DNA from: Dehalococcoidia bacterium
Lineage (GTDB): Bacteria; Chloroflexota; Dehalococcoidia; SM23-28-2; RBG-16-64-32
NCBI GenBank assembly: GCA_963665775.2
Contig: CAXXTF010000001.1
Location: 384,001 to 448,000, forward strand
Direction: 5' to 3'
Length of the DNA stretch: 64,000 bases
Shown: positions 1-11,336 of the stretch, one piece after another
Numbering within the stretch: the first letter of the stretch is position 1
How the letters are laid out: each line of letters begins with the position of its first letter
Program-made: the position numbers and the translations under genes
The notes under the pieces: generated by a model
Seen by the model: the letters and a program-made list of their open reading frames with translations, nothing else
The model's database searches: none
Told to the model about the DNA's origin: nothing

Positions 1-25
1 CATGAACCGATTCGGAGGGTAAAGC

Positions 26-1594
26 ATGAACACATCGGAGTTTCTGACGATCGCCTCGTCGCTGGTGCCGGACCGCACGGCGATGGTCTGCGAGGGTGAC
101 ACTCGCACCTTCGCTCAGCTTCAGGAGCGGGTGAACCGGCTGGCCAACGCCCTGCAATCGTTGGGTGCGAGCAAGGGCGATAAGGTGGCGGTCATGGCGC
201 TCAACTCCATGACGTACGTGGAGACGTACTACGCCAGCGCCAAGCTGGGAATGACCTTCGTCCCCCTGAATTACCGGGCCAAGCGGGAAGAGCTCGCCTA
301 CATGGTGAACAACTCCGGGGTCTCCGTGCTCTTGGTTGGAGAGCGCTACCTGGAGCTGGCCGCCGACATCAAGCCGCAGATGGAGACCGTCAAGCACATG
401 ATCTCCATCGACACCCAGGCAGAGGGGATGGCCAACTACGAGGAGCTGCTGGCCGCTCATGAGCCAGAGGAGATCTTCACCGATGTCGATGAGATGGATC
501 CCACCATCATCATCTACACCAGCGGCACTACGGCGCTACCCAAGGGGGTGGTGCTGACCCACCTGGGCCTGTCGGTGTACGTGACGAACACGGCGGAGCC
601 GGCGGACCCGGCGGCGGAGGACGCTGACGTCCTGGTGGTGTCGGTCCCCTTCTGCCACGTCGCCGGAGCGACGACGATGTTGTCGTCGGTCTGGAGTGGG
701 CGGAAGCTGGTGATCCTGCCCCAGTTCGATCCGGAGGCCTGGCTGAAGGCGGTGCAGGCCTACCGGGTGACCCACAGTTTCGTGGTCCCCACTATGCTCA
801 AGCGGATCATGGACCACCCGGACTTCGATAAGTACGATCTCAGCTCGCTGCAGCTGTTGGCCTACGGGGCGGCGCCCATGCCCTCTGAGGTGGTGACCAA
901 GGCAGTCAAGGTGTTGAAATGTGGGCTGATGAACGCCTACGGCCAGACGGAGAGCACCTCCTCGCTGACCTACCTGGGCCCGGAGGATCATGTGATCCCG
1001 GACGGGCCGCCGGAGGAGCGGGAGCGAAAGCTGCGGCGGCTGCGGTCGGTCGGGAAGACGATGGACGATGTGACCGTTGCCATTCTGGACCCCGACGGGA
1101 ACGAACTGCCGGCCGGGCAAGAAGGGGAGATCGTGGCCAAGGGGGCGCGGATCATGTCCGGCTACCTGGGCCGGAACGAGGAGACGGAGGAGGCGATGCG
1201 CGGCGGCTGGCTGCACACCGGTGACGTGGGCTGGAAGGACGAGGATGGCTACCTGTTCATCACCGGCCGCACGAAGGACCTGATTATCCGCGGCGGGGAG
1301 AACATCGCGCCGGGTGAGATCGAAGCGGTGTTGGACCAGCATCCGGCGGTGCAGGAGGCGGCGGTGATCGGAGTGCCGGATGTGGAATGGGGGGAGGAAG
1401 TGAAGGCGGTGGTCATCCTGCGGTCGGGGCAAAAGGTAACGGAGGAGGAGCTTACGGCCGCTGTGAAAGAGCGGCTAGCCAGCTTCAAAGCGCCCAAGTA
1501 TTATACGTTCGTGGAGGATATGCCACGGAACTACCTGGGGAAGGTGCTGAAGACGGATCTGCGAAAGCAGCACGGGGAGGCGAAGAGCGGCTAA
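26..1594 (+). CDS. Long-chain acyl-CoA synthetase (AMP-binding enzyme)
   Basis: AMP-binding motif IIYTSGTTALPKG, YGQTE, GWLHTGD, GRTKDLIIRGGENI; SD GGAGG upstream. Confidence 0.92.
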   Translation: MNTSEFLTIASSLVPDRTAMVCEGDTRTFAQLQERVNRLANALQSLGASKGDKVAVMALNSMTYVETYYASAKLGMTFVPLNYRAKREELAYMVNNSGVSVLLVGERYLELAADIKPQMETVKHMISIDTQAEGMANYEELLAAHEPEEIFTDVDEMDPTIIIYTSGTTALPKGVVLTHLGLSVYVTNTAEPADPAAEDADVLVVSVPFCHVAGATTMLSSVWSGRKLVILPQFDPEAWLKAVQAYRVTHSFVVPTMLKRIMDHPDFDKYDLSSLQLLAYGAAPMPSEVVTKAVKVLKCGLMNAYGQTESTSSLTYLGPEDHVIPDGPPEERERKLRRLRSVGKTMDDVTVAILDPDGNELPAGQEGEIVAKGARIMSGYLGRNEETEEAMRGGWLHTGDVGWKDEDGYLFITGRTKDLIIRGGENIAPGEIEAVLDQHPAVQEAAVIGVPDVEWGEEVKAVVILRSGQKVTEEELTAAVKERLASFKAPKYYTFVEDMPRNYLGKVLKTDLRKQHGEAKSG

Positions 1595-1727
1595 GCGGCG
1601 GGCCAGCCGTCGGCAGCGGCGCCAGAGGGGCCGGGACCGCTCGCAAACCGTCCCAGCGGAGGAGTCCCCCGCTGCTAGCCTGGGGCCCACACCGGCAACC
1701 GTCGGCGGAATCTCCTGGCAGGGGCTG

Positions 1728-2027
1728 GTGGGCGGCCTGCTGGGGGCGGTTCCCCTGGGCGCTCTGGGGATCGAACGGCTGCTGGACCCGCCGGGGGCCG
1801 GAAGAGGGATCTGGGTCGTGCTGCTGGCGATGGCCTCGGTGTACCTGCCGGCGATATGGGTCTCCGTGAGGCCCACGCCCAAGCGACGGGCCGTTCAGCG
1901 AGGCGTAGTGGTCGCCTCCATGGTGATGGTGCTCGTGGGGTCGATATTCGGGGCACAGTTCGCCGTCCTGCTGCTGCCGGCCACGGCGCTGCTGGCCGTC
2001 GCCAGCGGGTTGGTGTTCAGGCGCTAG
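1728..2027 (+). CDS. Small membrane protein, hypothetical (start uncertain)
   Basis: Several hydrophobic segments; lies between co-oriented genes. Confidence 0.55.
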   Translation: MGGLLGAVPLGALGIERLLDPPGAGRGIWVVLLAMASVYLPAIWVSVRPTPKRRAVQRGVVVASMVMVLVGSIFGAQFAVLLLPATALLAVASGLVFRR

Positions 2028-2077
2028 GCGAGCGAGGAGGGCCGCCAGCACGGTGCGATGTTGACCCTTTGTGCCGT

Positions 2078-2106
2078 TTGACCGGTGGATTAAGCGCCGC
2101 TATTAT
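2078..2106 (+). promoter_or_regulatory. Sigma70-type promoter of the Fe-S oxidoreductase gene
   Basis: TTGACC-17 nt-TATTAT; a second TTGACC at 2061. Confidence 0.6.
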
Positions 2107-2151
2107 GGGTTCCGCGAATAACACAGGGAACTCTTCCTAAATCGGCTAGGG

Positions 2152-4251
2152 GTGGCGATGGTTCCGTCCACAGAATTCCCGGGCAATATCTTCTATGCCA
2201 TCATATTCTTCGGCTTCTTGGCCGTGTTCATCTGGTCAGCGGCGGTGCGCGTCCGCTGGTTCACGCGGGGGAAATGGATCGACCGTTTCACGAACCCCTT
2301 CGCCCGAACTGTAGGGCTGATCCCCTGGCTTCTGGGGAACGCTCGGGTGGCCCGGCGCAAGTACTGGTACTCCGGCGTACTGCACAGCTTCATCTGGTGG
2401 GGGTTCATCGTCCTGCAGGTACGAACGGTGAATTTTCTGTTGGGAGGCATCCATGAGGATGCCAGTCTGCAGAGCCTGCTGGGCGATGTGTACACGGCTT
2501 TGCGGCCGGTGCTGGACGTCTTCAACATACTGGTGATCGTCGGTGTGGCGATGGCCGCCTGGCAGCGCTTCGTGTGGCGGCCGCAGCGGATGACCCTGAA
2601 TATCGACGGCTGGATCCTGTTGGGGCTTATCGGCTGGCTGATGGTGACCGACGTGATGGTCAACAGTGCCGAGATCGTCCTCGGTGCGGACGACCACGCG
2701 AAGTGGTCATTCCTCGCCTACGGGTTCTCGGAGCTGTGGCGAGCGATCGGATTAACGGGGGACAAGATGGAGTGGTTCCTCGTTGCCTTTTGGTACGCTC
2801 ACTTGACGGACTTCATGGTGTTCCTAACCTATTTGCCGTACTCCAAGCACTCGCACGTCCTCACGATCGTGCCGCAGATCTTTGCGCGGTCGCTTGAGAC
2901 CAGCGGCACTCTCCAGCCCATCGTCGATTTCGAGAAGGCGGAGAGCTTCGGCGTGGGCAAGCTGGGAGACCTCAGCTGGAAGCAGATGTTGGACTCCTAC
3001 AGCTGCACGGAGTGCGGCCGCTGTACCGCCGTCTGCCCTGCCAGTCTCACGGGCAAGGAGCTCTCTCCCAAGCAGGTCATCATCGATATACGGCACATGA
3101 TGGAGGAGCAGGTGCCGCCGCTGGCGCCCTGGAGGAAGCGGCCGGAGCAGCTGACGCCCCTCATCGACGGCGTGGGGTTCGAGCCAATATGGGACTGCGT
3201 GACCTGCGGGGCCTGCATGTACGAGTGCCCGGTGTTCATCGAGCACGTGCCGACGATCATGGATATGCGGCGCTACCTGGTGATGGAGGAGTCCAACATG
3301 CCGGAGACGGCTCAGGCCACCCTGGTGCAGCTGGAGCAGCGCGGCCACCCCTGGCGGGGCACCCAGTTGACCCGCACCAGCTGGATCGAGGAGATGGCCT
3401 CGCAGGGGATAACCGTGCCCATCTTCGACGGCTCTCAGGAGTATCTCTACTGGGTAGGCTGCACGGGGGCGCTACAGGAGCGGAACGTGAAGGTGACGCA
3501 GGCCCTGGTGCGGCTTCTGCTGCACGGAGGGGTCAGCTTCGGGGTGCTGGGCGCGGCGGAGGGCTGCTCTGGAGACCCGGCGCGGCGGATGGGCAACGAG
3601 TATCTGTTCCAGACGCAGGCCGAGCAGAATATCGCGCTGTTCAAAGACAAGGCGGTACAGAAGATCCTCACCGCTTGCCCGCACTGCTTTAGCACGATGG
3701 CCAACGAGTATGGCCAGTTCGACGGGAAGTTCGAGATGGTGCATCATACGGAGCTCCTGGCTGAACTCGTCGCTCAGGGCAAGATCACCGTGAATGAGGA
3801 TGACCGCGGTGGGATGTCGGACAAGCTGACCACCTACCACGACGCCTGCTACCTGGCTCGGCATAACAACATCGAGGACGCGCCGCGGCAGGTCCTGGCG
3901 GCGACGAAGGCGGAGTCGAAGGAGATGGCCCGCTCCGGGAAAAACTCCTTCTGCTGCGGGGCCGGCGGCGGACACATGTGGGTTGAGGAGAGCGGCGGCA
4001 AACGCATTAACGAGGTCCGGACGGAAGAGGCGGCGGCTACCGGGGCGGAGATCGTCGCCGTGGCTTGCCCCTTCTGCATGCAGATGTTCGACGCCGGCTT
4101 AGGCGCCGTACCGGAGGCGGTGGAGAGAGGGCTGCAGGTCTTCGATGTCGTGGAGCTGCTGGATATGAAGGTGGCCTATGTCAAGCCGGCGCCGGCGGAG
4201 CCCATTGGACTCATGCAGGAAGTAGAAGATCATCCGCACGCTCCCGCCTAG
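2152..4251 (+). CDS. Membrane-bound heterodisulfide-reductase-like Fe-S oxidoreductase (FadF / ETF:quinone oxidoreductase type)
   Basis: N-terminal TM domain with His residues, two CxxCxxCxxxCP clusters, two CCG domains (GCSGD...TACPHC, SFCCGAGGG...VACPFC); adjacent to etfBA. Confidence 0.88.
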   Translation: MAMVPSTEFPGNIFYAIIFFGFLAVFIWSAAVRVRWFTRGKWIDRFTNPFARTVGLIPWLLGNARVARRKYWYSGVLHSFIWWGFIVLQVRTVNFLLGGIHEDASLQSLLGDVYTALRPVLDVFNILVIVGVAMAAWQRFVWRPQRMTLNIDGWILLGLIGWLMVTDVMVNSAEIVLGADDHAKWSFLAYGFSELWRAIGLTGDKMEWFLVAFWYAHLTDFMVFLTYLPYSKHSHVLTIVPQIFARSLETSGTLQPIVDFEKAESFGVGKLGDLSWKQMLDSYSCTECGRCTAVCPASLTGKELSPKQVIIDIRHMMEEQVPPLAPWRKRPEQLTPLIDGVGFEPIWDCVTCGACMYECPVFIEHVPTIMDMRRYLVMEESNMPETAQATLVQLEQRGHPWRGTQLTRTSWIEEMASQGITVPIFDGSQEYLYWVGCTGALQERNVKVTQALVRLLLHGGVSFGVLGAAEGCSGDPARRMGNEYLFQTQAEQNIALFKDKAVQKILTACPHCFSTMANEYGQFDGKFEMVHHTELLAELVAQGKITVNEDDRGGMSDKLTTYHDACYLARHNNIEDAPRQVLAATKAESKEMARSGKNSFCCGAGGGHMWVEESGGKRINEVRTEEAAATGAEIVAVACPFCMQMFDAGLGAVPEAVERGLQVFDVVELLDMKVAYVKPAPAEPIGLMQEVEDHPHAPA

Positions 4252-4379
4252 ATCGTAGTGCGCGCTCAGCAATAGACGCGCCTAGCGGTGAGGTCGCGCC
4301 AGCGCTCGGCGGCCAGGGCGCTGCCCTAACGTAGCGGTCGTGAACCCCCGCCGGATAGGCTTGCATGGAGCTGGACGCC

Positions 4380-4408
4380 TGCTATACTGCGGGTGATAAT
4401 TTTCACAT
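4380..4408 (+). promoter_or_regulatory. Extended -10 promoter with overlapping Rex/CRP-like operator upstream of etfB
   Basis: TGCTATACT at 4380-4388 followed by GGGTGATAATTTTCACAT (GTGA-N6-TCAC) at 4391-4408. Confidence 0.5.
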
Positions 4409-4463
4409 CGGCCCGGCTGCCGATCTGCCACGGGGGACGGCCGGCAGTCAAGGAGGATCGCCT

Positions 4464-5255
4464 ATGCCGCACATCATCTGCTGTGTGAAGCAGGTGCCGG
4501 ACCCGGAGACGCCCTCGTCTCAGTTCAAGGTGGACAGCGCGACGAAGAAGGTGCTGCCCGTGCCGGGCATCCAGCCGGTGCCCAGCCAGTTCGATACCCT
4601 CGCCACAGAGGCGGCGCTGCGAATCAAGGATAAAGTGGCGGATACAACTATTACGCTGCTCAGCGTGGGGCCGGACAGCTATCGGGATAGCCTCAAGCAC
4701 TGCCTGGCGATGGGCGCCGACGAGGCCGTGCACGTCAACGATCCGGCTCTGTATGAGGCTGACCACTGGGCCACGGCGGAGGCGCTGGCGGCGGCGATCC
4801 AGAAGCTCGCCCCGTATGACCTCGTCATCTGCGGGCGTCAGGCGACGGACTGGGACATGGGCGTCGTGGGGGCTACCGTGGGCGAGATCCTGGGTGTGCC
4901 GGTAATGACCATTACCAAGGATGTCCAGTACGAGGACGGGAAGGTGACCGTGGAGCGGGTGTTGCCGGACGGCTTCGAGACGGTGGAGGCGCCGACGCCC
5001 TGTGTGGTGACCGTGAGCAACGAGCTGGGAGAGCCTCGCTATCCGCAGTTGCGCCAGATCATGATGGCGGCGCGCAAGCAGGTGAAGGCCTGGACGCTGG
5101 CCGACCTGGGGCTGGCCGAGATCAAGAACCGGGTAGCTTTGCGAGAGCTGTTCGTCCCTGACACCAGCGTGAAGACGGAGTTCATTGAAGGGGAAACGCC
5201 CGCGGAGCAGGCGGAGAAGCTCGCCCTGCGGCTGCGGGAGGCGAAGCTCATATAA
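4464..5255 (+). CDS. etfB: Electron transfer flavoprotein beta subunit
   Basis: CVKQVPD, LAMGADEA, CGRQATDWD, EPRYP motifs; ATG 4464 after AGGAGG. Confidence 0.93.
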   Translation: MPHIICCVKQVPDPETPSSQFKVDSATKKVLPVPGIQPVPSQFDTLATEAALRIKDKVADTTITLLSVGPDSYRDSLKHCLAMGADEAVHVNDPALYEADHWATAEALAAAIQKLAPYDLVICGRQATDWDMGVVGATVGEILGVPVMTITKDVQYEDGKVTVERVLPDGFETVEAPTPCVVTVSNELGEPRYPQLRQIMMAARKQVKAWTLADLGLAEIKNRVALRELFVPDTSVKTEFIEGETPAEQAEKLALRLREAKLI

Positions 5256-5277
5256 CCGACACAGAGGGAGAATTCTG

Positions 5278-6255
5278 ATGGCAAGCGGAGTACTGGTCTT
5301 CGGAGAGGCGACGGAGGACGGGCGGCTGGCACCGGTGGTCGCCGAGCTTCTGGGCGCGGGCAGTCGCCTGGGTACGCCGGTGGTGTGCGCCCTGCTGGGT
5401 TCCGGTGTGGAACCGTTGGCCCAGGAGTGCGTGGCCCGCGGGGCCGACAAGGTCATCGTGGTGGACGATTCGATCCTGAGTGGCTATCAGGCGGATGCCT
5501 GCCTGCCTGTCGCCGAACGTATCAGCCGGGAGACGGATGCGGCAGTCGTCCTGTTTGGGCAGACGATAGTGGGTCGGGATATCGCGCCGCGGCTGGCGCA
5601 GCGGCTGGGTACAGCGGTGGCCATGGATTGCGTGGCCCTCGAGATGGAGGGCGACAAGCTGGTGGCGGAGCGGCCCTGCTACGGCGGCAACGCCCGCGCC
5701 CGCTACACCTTCAATGGCATGCCGCAGATCGCAACGGTGCGAGTCAAGGCCCAGGAGCCGCTAGAGCGAGACGATTCGCGTCAGGGAGAGATCGTCAAGC
5801 AGGCAGCAGACGTGAGTCCGGATGCTGTACGGACGCGTGTCGTGAGCCGACGCAAGGAGCAGGCGGAAGGCGCGCGGCTGGAAGACGCCTCAGTGGTGGT
5901 AAGCGGCGGACGTGGCCTGGGTGGGCCTGAGGGATTCGAACCCCTGGAAGAGCTAGCGGAGGTGCTGGGTGGCGCCGTGGGGGCCAGCCGGGCGGTGTGT
6001 GACCTGGGCTGGTATCCGGTGGGCTCCCAGGTAGGTCTGACGGGCAAGATGGTGACCCCGGACCTGTACATCGCGGTGGGAATATCCGGTGCCAGCCAGC
6101 ATATGGCCGGCGTGTCTCAGGTAAAGAACATCGTGGCGATCAACAAGGACCCGGAGGCCGGCATCATCAAATCCGCTCGTTTCGCGGTAGTGGGTGACTG
6201 GAAGGAGATACTCCCGCCGCTCACGGAGAAGGTACGGGAGCTAAAGGCCTCCTAG
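5278..6255 (+). CDS. etfA: Electron transfer flavoprotein alpha subunit
   Basis: VVSGGRG, GASRAV, QVGLTGK, YIAVGISGASQH, AINKDPEA; ATG 5278 after GAGGGAG. Confidence 0.93.
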   Translation: MASGVLVFGEATEDGRLAPVVAELLGAGSRLGTPVVCALLGSGVEPLAQECVARGADKVIVVDDSILSGYQADACLPVAERISRETDAAVVLFGQTIVGRDIAPRLAQRLGTAVAMDCVALEMEGDKLVAERPCYGGNARARYTFNGMPQIATVRVKAQEPLERDDSRQGEIVKQAADVSPDAVRTRVVSRRKEQAEGARLEDASVVVSGGRGLGGPEGFEPLEELAEVLGGAVGASRAVCDLGWYPVGSQVGLTGKMVTPDLYIAVGISGASQHMAGVSQVKNIVAINKDPEAGIIKSARFAVVGDWKEILPPLTEKVRELKAS

Positions 6256-6360
6256 TTGTAACTGAGTGCCCGCGGCGGGGGAGCGCGGACAGTGGCTGGC
6301 GCGGGAGTTGCGATCTCCCCGCATCTGAGCGACTGCCCGTGCCGGGAGGCCGATATTTCC

Positions 6361-6390
6361 TTGACGCGCGCGGAAGGGCCCGCCTACAAT
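6361..6390 (+). promoter_or_regulatory. Sigma70-type promoter of the coaE-norQ-norD operon
   Basis: TTGACG-18 nt-TACAAT. Confidence 0.55.
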
Positions 6391-6480
6391 GTTCCTACGG
6401 TCGGGCGTCCCGACCGGATTTTGTCAGGGCCGTGTAATCGGGCCTAGGGCGGCCCGCTGAGCGAGGTGACAGGGAATTCC

Positions 6481-7125
6481 ATGTACGTCGTTGGTCTCAC
6501 GGGTGGCATCGGCAGCGGCAAGTCCACCGTGGCGGAGATGCTCCAGGAGAAGGGCGCGGCCTTGCTCAGCGCCGACCTCGCGGGGCATGAGGTGTATGAG
6601 CCGGGAAGGCCCGCCTGGCAGGAGATCGTCGACGCCTTCGGTCGCGATGTGTTGGCCGCGGACGGGACCATCGACCGCAAGAAGCTGGGGCCCATCGTGT
6701 TCAGCGATCCGGATGCTTTGGCGCGGCTGAACGCCATCACCCATCCCCGGATGAAAGAGCTGATGCGGGAGAAGCTGAGGGAGCTGGAGGAACAGGGCGC
6801 AGCGGTGACGGTGCTGGAGGCAGCGTTGCTCTTCGACGCCAGCTGGGAAGATCTGACGGACGAGGTGTGGGTGACGGTGGTGGCGCCGCAAGTGGCGGCC
6901 GAGAGGGCAGCCGAACGCAGCAAGATCAGCGTGGAGCAGGCGCTGGACCGCGTCAAGGCTCAGATGAGCGATGAGGAGCGGGTAAGACGATCGCATGTGA
7001 CAATAGGGACGGCCTGCGCGTTAGAGGCGATGCGCGGCCAGATCGATGAGGAGTGGGACAGGCTGCAGCGGCGGTTGGCGTCCCTTAGGCGGACGGCGGC
7101 GCTGGAAGCAGGCAATCAGAGGTAG
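6481..7125 (+). CDS. coaE: Dephospho-CoA kinase
   Basis: VGLTGGIGSGKST P-loop, IDRKKLG, LNAITHP. Confidence 0.92.
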   Translation: MYVVGLTGGIGSGKSTVAEMLQEKGAALLSADLAGHEVYEPGRPAWQEIVDAFGRDVLAADGTIDRKKLGPIVFSDPDALARLNAITHPRMKELMREKLRELEEQGAAVTVLEAALLFDASWEDLTDEVWVTVVAPQVAAERAAERSKISVEQALDRVKAQMSDEERVRRSHVTIGTACALEAMRGQIDEEWDRLQRRLASLRRTAALEAGNQR

Positions 7126-7140
7126 GCAAGAGGAAGCGTG

Positions 7141-8028
7141 ATGGAGGAGACGTACCGCCAATACGCGATCGAGGAGTACATCCTGAGGGCTGAGCCCTTC
7201 TACGTGTCCGTGAAGGACGAGGTGGAGCTGTTCAATGCAGCCTACGAGCGAAAGATCCCAGTGCTTCTCAAGGGGCCGACCGGTTGCGGCAAGACCCGCT
7301 TCATTGAACACATGGCTTACAAGCTGGGCCGTCCCGTCACCGTCATCCGGGACGTATCAGAGACGGAGGAGCCGGAGGAGCCGGAGGCGGGGGGACGGCC
7401 GCTCGTAACCGTGGCCTGTCATGAGGACCTGACGGCCTCGGACCTGGTGGGACGATATCTCCTGGAGGGCGACTCCACTCGCTGGATCGATGGGCCGCTG
7501 ACCCGCGCCGTGAAGGTGGGAGCGATCTGCTACCTGGACGAGGTCGTGGAGGCGCGCAAGGACACTACGGTCCTGATCCATCCTCTAACAGACCACCGGC
7601 GCATTCTGCTGATCGAGAAGCAGGGGCAGGTCGTGGAGGCGCGGGACGGCTTCCTACTAGTGATCTCGTACAACCCGGGCTACCAGAGCGCCCTGAAGGA
7701 CCTGAAGCACAGCACCCGGCAGCGGTTCATGGCCATAGAGTTCGGGTATCCGCCAAGGGAGATGGAGGCGAAGATCATCGCCCATGAGAGCGGCGTCTCG
7801 CAGTCGGTGGCGGCGGAGCTTGCCAAGCTCGGGGAGAAGGTGCGTCACCTGAAGGAGCACGGCCTGGCTGAAGGCGTCAGCACGCGCCTTCTGATCTATG
7901 CCGGCCGTCTGATCCAGGAGGGGATATCAGCACGGCGCTCCTGCCAGGTGGCCGTGGTCTGGGCGCTGACCGACGACCACGGCGTTCAGCGCAGCATAGA
8001 AGAGGTGGTGTCGTCGATCTTTGAGTGA
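7141..8028 (+). CDS. CbbQ/NirQ/NorQ-family MoxR AAA+ ATPase
   Basis: [52 protein letters not shown]. Confidence 0.92.
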   Translation: MEETYRQYAIEEYILRAEPFYVSVKDEVELFNAAYERKIPVLLKGPTGCGKTRFIEHMAYKLGRPVTVIRDVSETEEPEEPEAGGRPLVTVACHEDLTASDLVGRYLLEGDSTRWIDGPLTRAVKVGAICYLDEVVEARKDTTVLIHPLTDHRRILLIEKQGQVVEARDGFLLVISYNPGYQSALKDLKHSTRQRFMAIEFGYPPREMEAKIIAHESGVSQSVAAELAKLGEKVRHLKEHGLAEGVSTRLLIYAGRLIQEGISARRSCQVAVVWALTDDHGVQRSIEEVVSSIFE

Positions 8029-11000
8029 CTCAAGGCATCGCCGAATCTACACTCAATACGAGAAGCGCCTGGCCCCCTTCTCCACCACGCTGGTGGGCGA
8101 ATTTCGCCGTTCCGCGGAGAGCGTGGAAGAGCTCCTCACTACGCAGGAGTTGAAGCAGTGGGCGGAAGATGGGTTGGATCTGGCGCAGCAATCCTGGCGA
8201 TCATGGGAGGCAGCAGGGGAGTACTTCCGGGTTAGCAGGGAGATGCTGCCCATGCTGGGCTTCCAGCGGTTCCGCTTCTGGGCCCAGTCCGGACGCGACC
8301 TGGCGGAGCTTTCCTCGGCCCTGGCGGCGGCCTACTTCCGCGCCTCGCCGGCGACGCTGCCTCAGGTGACGTTCCCGCAGTTGGCTGAATGGGTGAGCCT
8401 GGGGCAACGGCTGTACAAGGGGACGTGGCGTTCGGCCTCCCTGGCGATGCAGTTCTTCGACGGGAGCCCCGAGCTGTTCGGGCAGCTGAACGTCGAGCAG
8501 GCGAAGCTCCTGGTACGGTTTGTGGATGCCCTCTGTGACCGCTCGTATGACCTGGCGGCGCACTGTTTGAGCGTGGCGCCGCACGTCCTGACGCCGTTAG
8601 CGGAGGAGGACAAAGAGGCCTTTTTGCGCTTCGCGGAGACGTTGGCTTCTACCGGCTGGGCCGATGCCCGCTCCTATCTGGAGAAGGGGCCGGGGCTTCT
8701 GGCCCACGTCCAGCAGGTGGAGCGGGTGCGGTTCCTGTCCCTGGCTCGCGAGCTGGCGCGGCGAGAAGGCAGACAGGCCTTCGGCTTCTTTGCGGAGGCG
8801 GCGCGGGCCTTATCGCAGGTGGACGCGGAGTCCCACGGGATGTTGCTCTCCTTGTCTGAGGATCTGGTAGGCCGATCGTCCGTGGCGGCCATGGAGTTCT
8901 TGAGGACAGCGCCCAAGGTGCTGGACCGCATCCCCCTGGAGGCGATCGGGGAGTGGCACCGAGAGGGGGCCGCCATCCTGGATGGCGGCTCGGAGGGTGG
9001 TGAGGCCTACTTCCGGCTGGAATCCAGCCGGGGCGAGGAGATACTGGAGTCGCTCTCCTCGCGGGTGGAGCTGAGCCGAGTAGGGGATGTCCTGCAGATG
9101 TACTGCCAGGCGTTGACGGGCGGCGAAGTGGCTGTGCGTTCGGCGGAAGCCCTCGCGGAGAAGGGGATCGGTTGGGTAGAGACGGATGTGCCGTCGACCG
9201 AGGGGACAGCGATCTTCCTGCCGACCTGGGTGGAGGAGTTCCGGGAGAAGGAAGCGAACTTCCTGGTGTACAAGGTGTACGCCACCCACCAGGCGGCCCA
9301 CCTGGAGTTCCGGACCTTCGACTTCATTTTCGAGCGGGACGGCCAGGTCTTTCCTAATCGGCGTCAGCGGCTGGAGAAAAGACGGGTCAGGGCCAGAGGC
9401 CGGGTTGTGGACGGCGAGGAGCCGCGGCGGGAGCCGTTGACGGATATCGAGCGGTTCTTCGATCTCTTCCCGGACCGGCGCCTGGCATCAGACCTGTTCG
9501 CGGTGCTGGAGGATGCCCGCGTCGATATGCTTGTCGGGCGCGAGTACACGGGGATTCAGCGACCCTACACCGAGAGGCAATCTTGGGAGCTGGATAAGCG
9601 GCCGTCTGTGGAGAAGTTGCCGCTAAAGCAGGCCTTTGTGGAGAACCTGGTCCGAGCCAGCCTGGGCGGGCTGGATAGGATCGTGTGGCCGGACTCCCTC
9701 CGACCGCTTATGCGGCGGGCCATCGGGCTGGCGAAGGGGCTACGAAAGCCGGAGGCCACTGTGGAGGACACTGCGGAGGCGACCCTCCGCATATACCAGC
9801 TGGCGGACCGGATTCCCAACGTGCTGCCGGAGACGATGGACGACTGGCAGGAGATGGACGAAGAGGACCAGGAGGCCAAGCCGACTACGTCGGACTCCCT
9901 GGGGAAGGCCGCGGACGTCCAGTTCCCCGAGGAGCAGCCGGTACCCTACGAGAGCCCTGAGTCTGTGGACTTCAGGGGCGAGCTCAAGCCGGAGATGGTG
10001 CAGCTCATCATGCGTATGCGTGAGGAGCGTGAGCAGGACCCCCTTTCCCGCCTGACGCCGGAGCAGATCAAGGGGATGCTGGAGAAGAGCGTGGAGGTCA
10101 CCCTAACCGACGTAGCGGAGGCGGAGCTGACCCAGTCTTCGAACCTGTTCCTGACTAACCTGATCAGGGATATGGACTCCCAGGAGCAGGAGCGGCAGCA
10201 GATGCAGCAGGTGCCGGTGAAGGATGGTCAGCCGGTGAGTGGCTTGAGCAGTGCCGACGATGGGCAGCCGTTGCCCGTGGAGCCGAAGTACTTCTACTAC
10301 GATGAGTGGGACTTCCGGGCCGGCGACTATCGCCCCAACTGGTGCCGGATCGTCGAATCGCCGGTGAGCGAGGGGACGGAGCACTTCTTTGACCAGACGC
10401 TGACGAAGTACGCTTCCCTGATCAACCAGGTCCGTCGCCAGTTCGAGCTGTTGCGGCCGGACAGGTTTCGCAAGATCAAGCGGCTGCTGGACGGCGAGGA
10501 GTTCGACCTGGACGCGGTGACGGAGTACGTGGTCGAGCGAAAGGCCGGCTATACGCCATCCGAGAAGGTCTACTGGCGCCGCAACAAGGTGGAGCGAGAC
10601 GTTTCCGTGGCGATCCTCCTGGATATGAGCGCCTCGACTGATGAGGAGATCGCGAAGCACCAGAGACGCGACATCCAAGACGACGAAGACGATGACCCAC
10701 GGCGCTACTTCTCCTCCTGGATGTCTCGTCGTGCCCAGGATCTCCTGACGCCGCCCAAGCGGATTATCGACCTGGAGAAGGAGAGCATTGTCCTGCTCAT
10801 CAAGGCGCTGGAGACCATCGGCGATAGGTACGGGATCTACGGCTTCTCGGGCTATGGCCGGGACAACGTGGAGTTCTACGTGGTGAAGGACATGGAGGAG
10901 CTCTTCTCGGAACGGGTGAAGAAGCGCATCGATAAGATCGTGCCGGTGCGCTCTACTCGCATGGGGCCGAGCATCCGGCACGCCACGGCGAAGCTGGATG

Positions 11001-11284
11001 TCCAGGAGGCGAAGGTGCGCATTCTGTTCCTCGTCTCCGACGGACGGCCTCAGGACCACGGCTACGGACGCGATCGGACGGAGAAGGAGTACGCTATCCA
11101 CGACACGCACATGGCCCTCGTCGAGGCGAAGCGTAAGGGGATCGTGCCCTTCTGCCTTACCGTGGACCGCTACGGCCACGATTACCTGAAGCAGATGTGC
11201 GACGACGTGGGCTACGCCGTGGTGCCGGACATCGAGTCGCTCCCCTCCCGCATCACCACCCTGTACCGCCGCCTCACGGAGTAG
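8021..11284 (+). CDS. NorD/CbbO-like VWA-domain protein with N-terminal helical repeats
   Basis: YDEWD and C-terminal MIDAS (DMSAS...TRMG...SDGRP); overlaps the stop of the NorQ-like gene. Confidence 0.88.
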   Translation: MSDSRHRRIYTQYEKRLAPFSTTLVGEFRRSAESVEELLTTQELKQWAEDGLDLAQQSWRSWEAAGEYFRVSREMLPMLGFQRFRFWAQSGRDLAELSSALAAAYFRASPATLPQVTFPQLAEWVSLGQRLYKGTWRSASLAMQFFDGSPELFGQLNVEQAKLLVRFVDALCDRSYDLAAHCLSVAPHVLTPLAEEDKEAFLRFAETLASTGWADARSYLEKGPGLLAHVQQVERVRFLSLARELARREGRQAFGFFAEAARALSQVDAESHGMLLSLSEDLVGRSSVAAMEFLRTAPKVLDRIPLEAIGEWHREGAAILDGGSEGGEAYFRLESSRGEEILESLSSRVELSRVGDVLQMYCQALTGGEVAVRSAEALAEKGIGWVETDVPSTEGTAIFLPTWVEEFREKEANFLVYKVYATHQAAHLEFRTFDFIFERDGQVFPNRRQRLEKRRVRARGRVVDGEEPRREPLTDIERFFDLFPDRRLASDLFAVLEDARVDMLVGREYTGIQRPYTERQSWELDKRPSVEKLPLKQAFVENLVRASLGGLDRIVWPDSLRPLMRRAIGLAKGLRKPEATVEDTAEATLRIYQLADRIPNVLPETMDDWQEMDEEDQEAKPTTSDSLGKAADVQFPEEQPVPYESPESVDFRGELKPEMVQLIMRMREEREQDPLSRLTPEQIKGMLEKSVEVTLTDVAEAELTQSSNLFLTNLIRDMDSQEQERQQMQQVPVKDGQPVSGLSSADDGQPLPVEPKYFYYDEWDFRAGDYRPNWCRIVESPVSEGTEHFFDQTLTKYASLINQVRRQFELLRPDRFRKIKRLLDGEEFDLDAVTEYVVERKAGYTPSEKVYWRRNKVERDVSVAILLDMSASTDEEIAKHQRRDIQDDEDDDPRRYFSSWMSRRAQDLLTPPKRIIDLEKESIVLLIKALETIGDRYGIYGFSGYGRDNVEFYVVKDMEELFSERVKKRIDKIVPVRSTRMGPSIRHATAKLDVQEAKVRILFLVSDGRPQDHGYGRDRTEKEYAIHDTHMALVEAKRKGIVPFCLTVDRYGHDYLKQMCDDVGYAVVPDIESLPSRITTLYRRLTE

Positions 11285-11336
11285 GCCACCATCGGCGCCC
11301 GCACCGGCGCGGCTGGCCGCGCATAAAGGAGATAGC

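Noticed and set aside
7141-11284. Denitrification or Calvin-cycle function from the norQ/cbbQ-like genes
   Set aside because: There is no norCB or Rubisco in the window, and the family is functionally broad.
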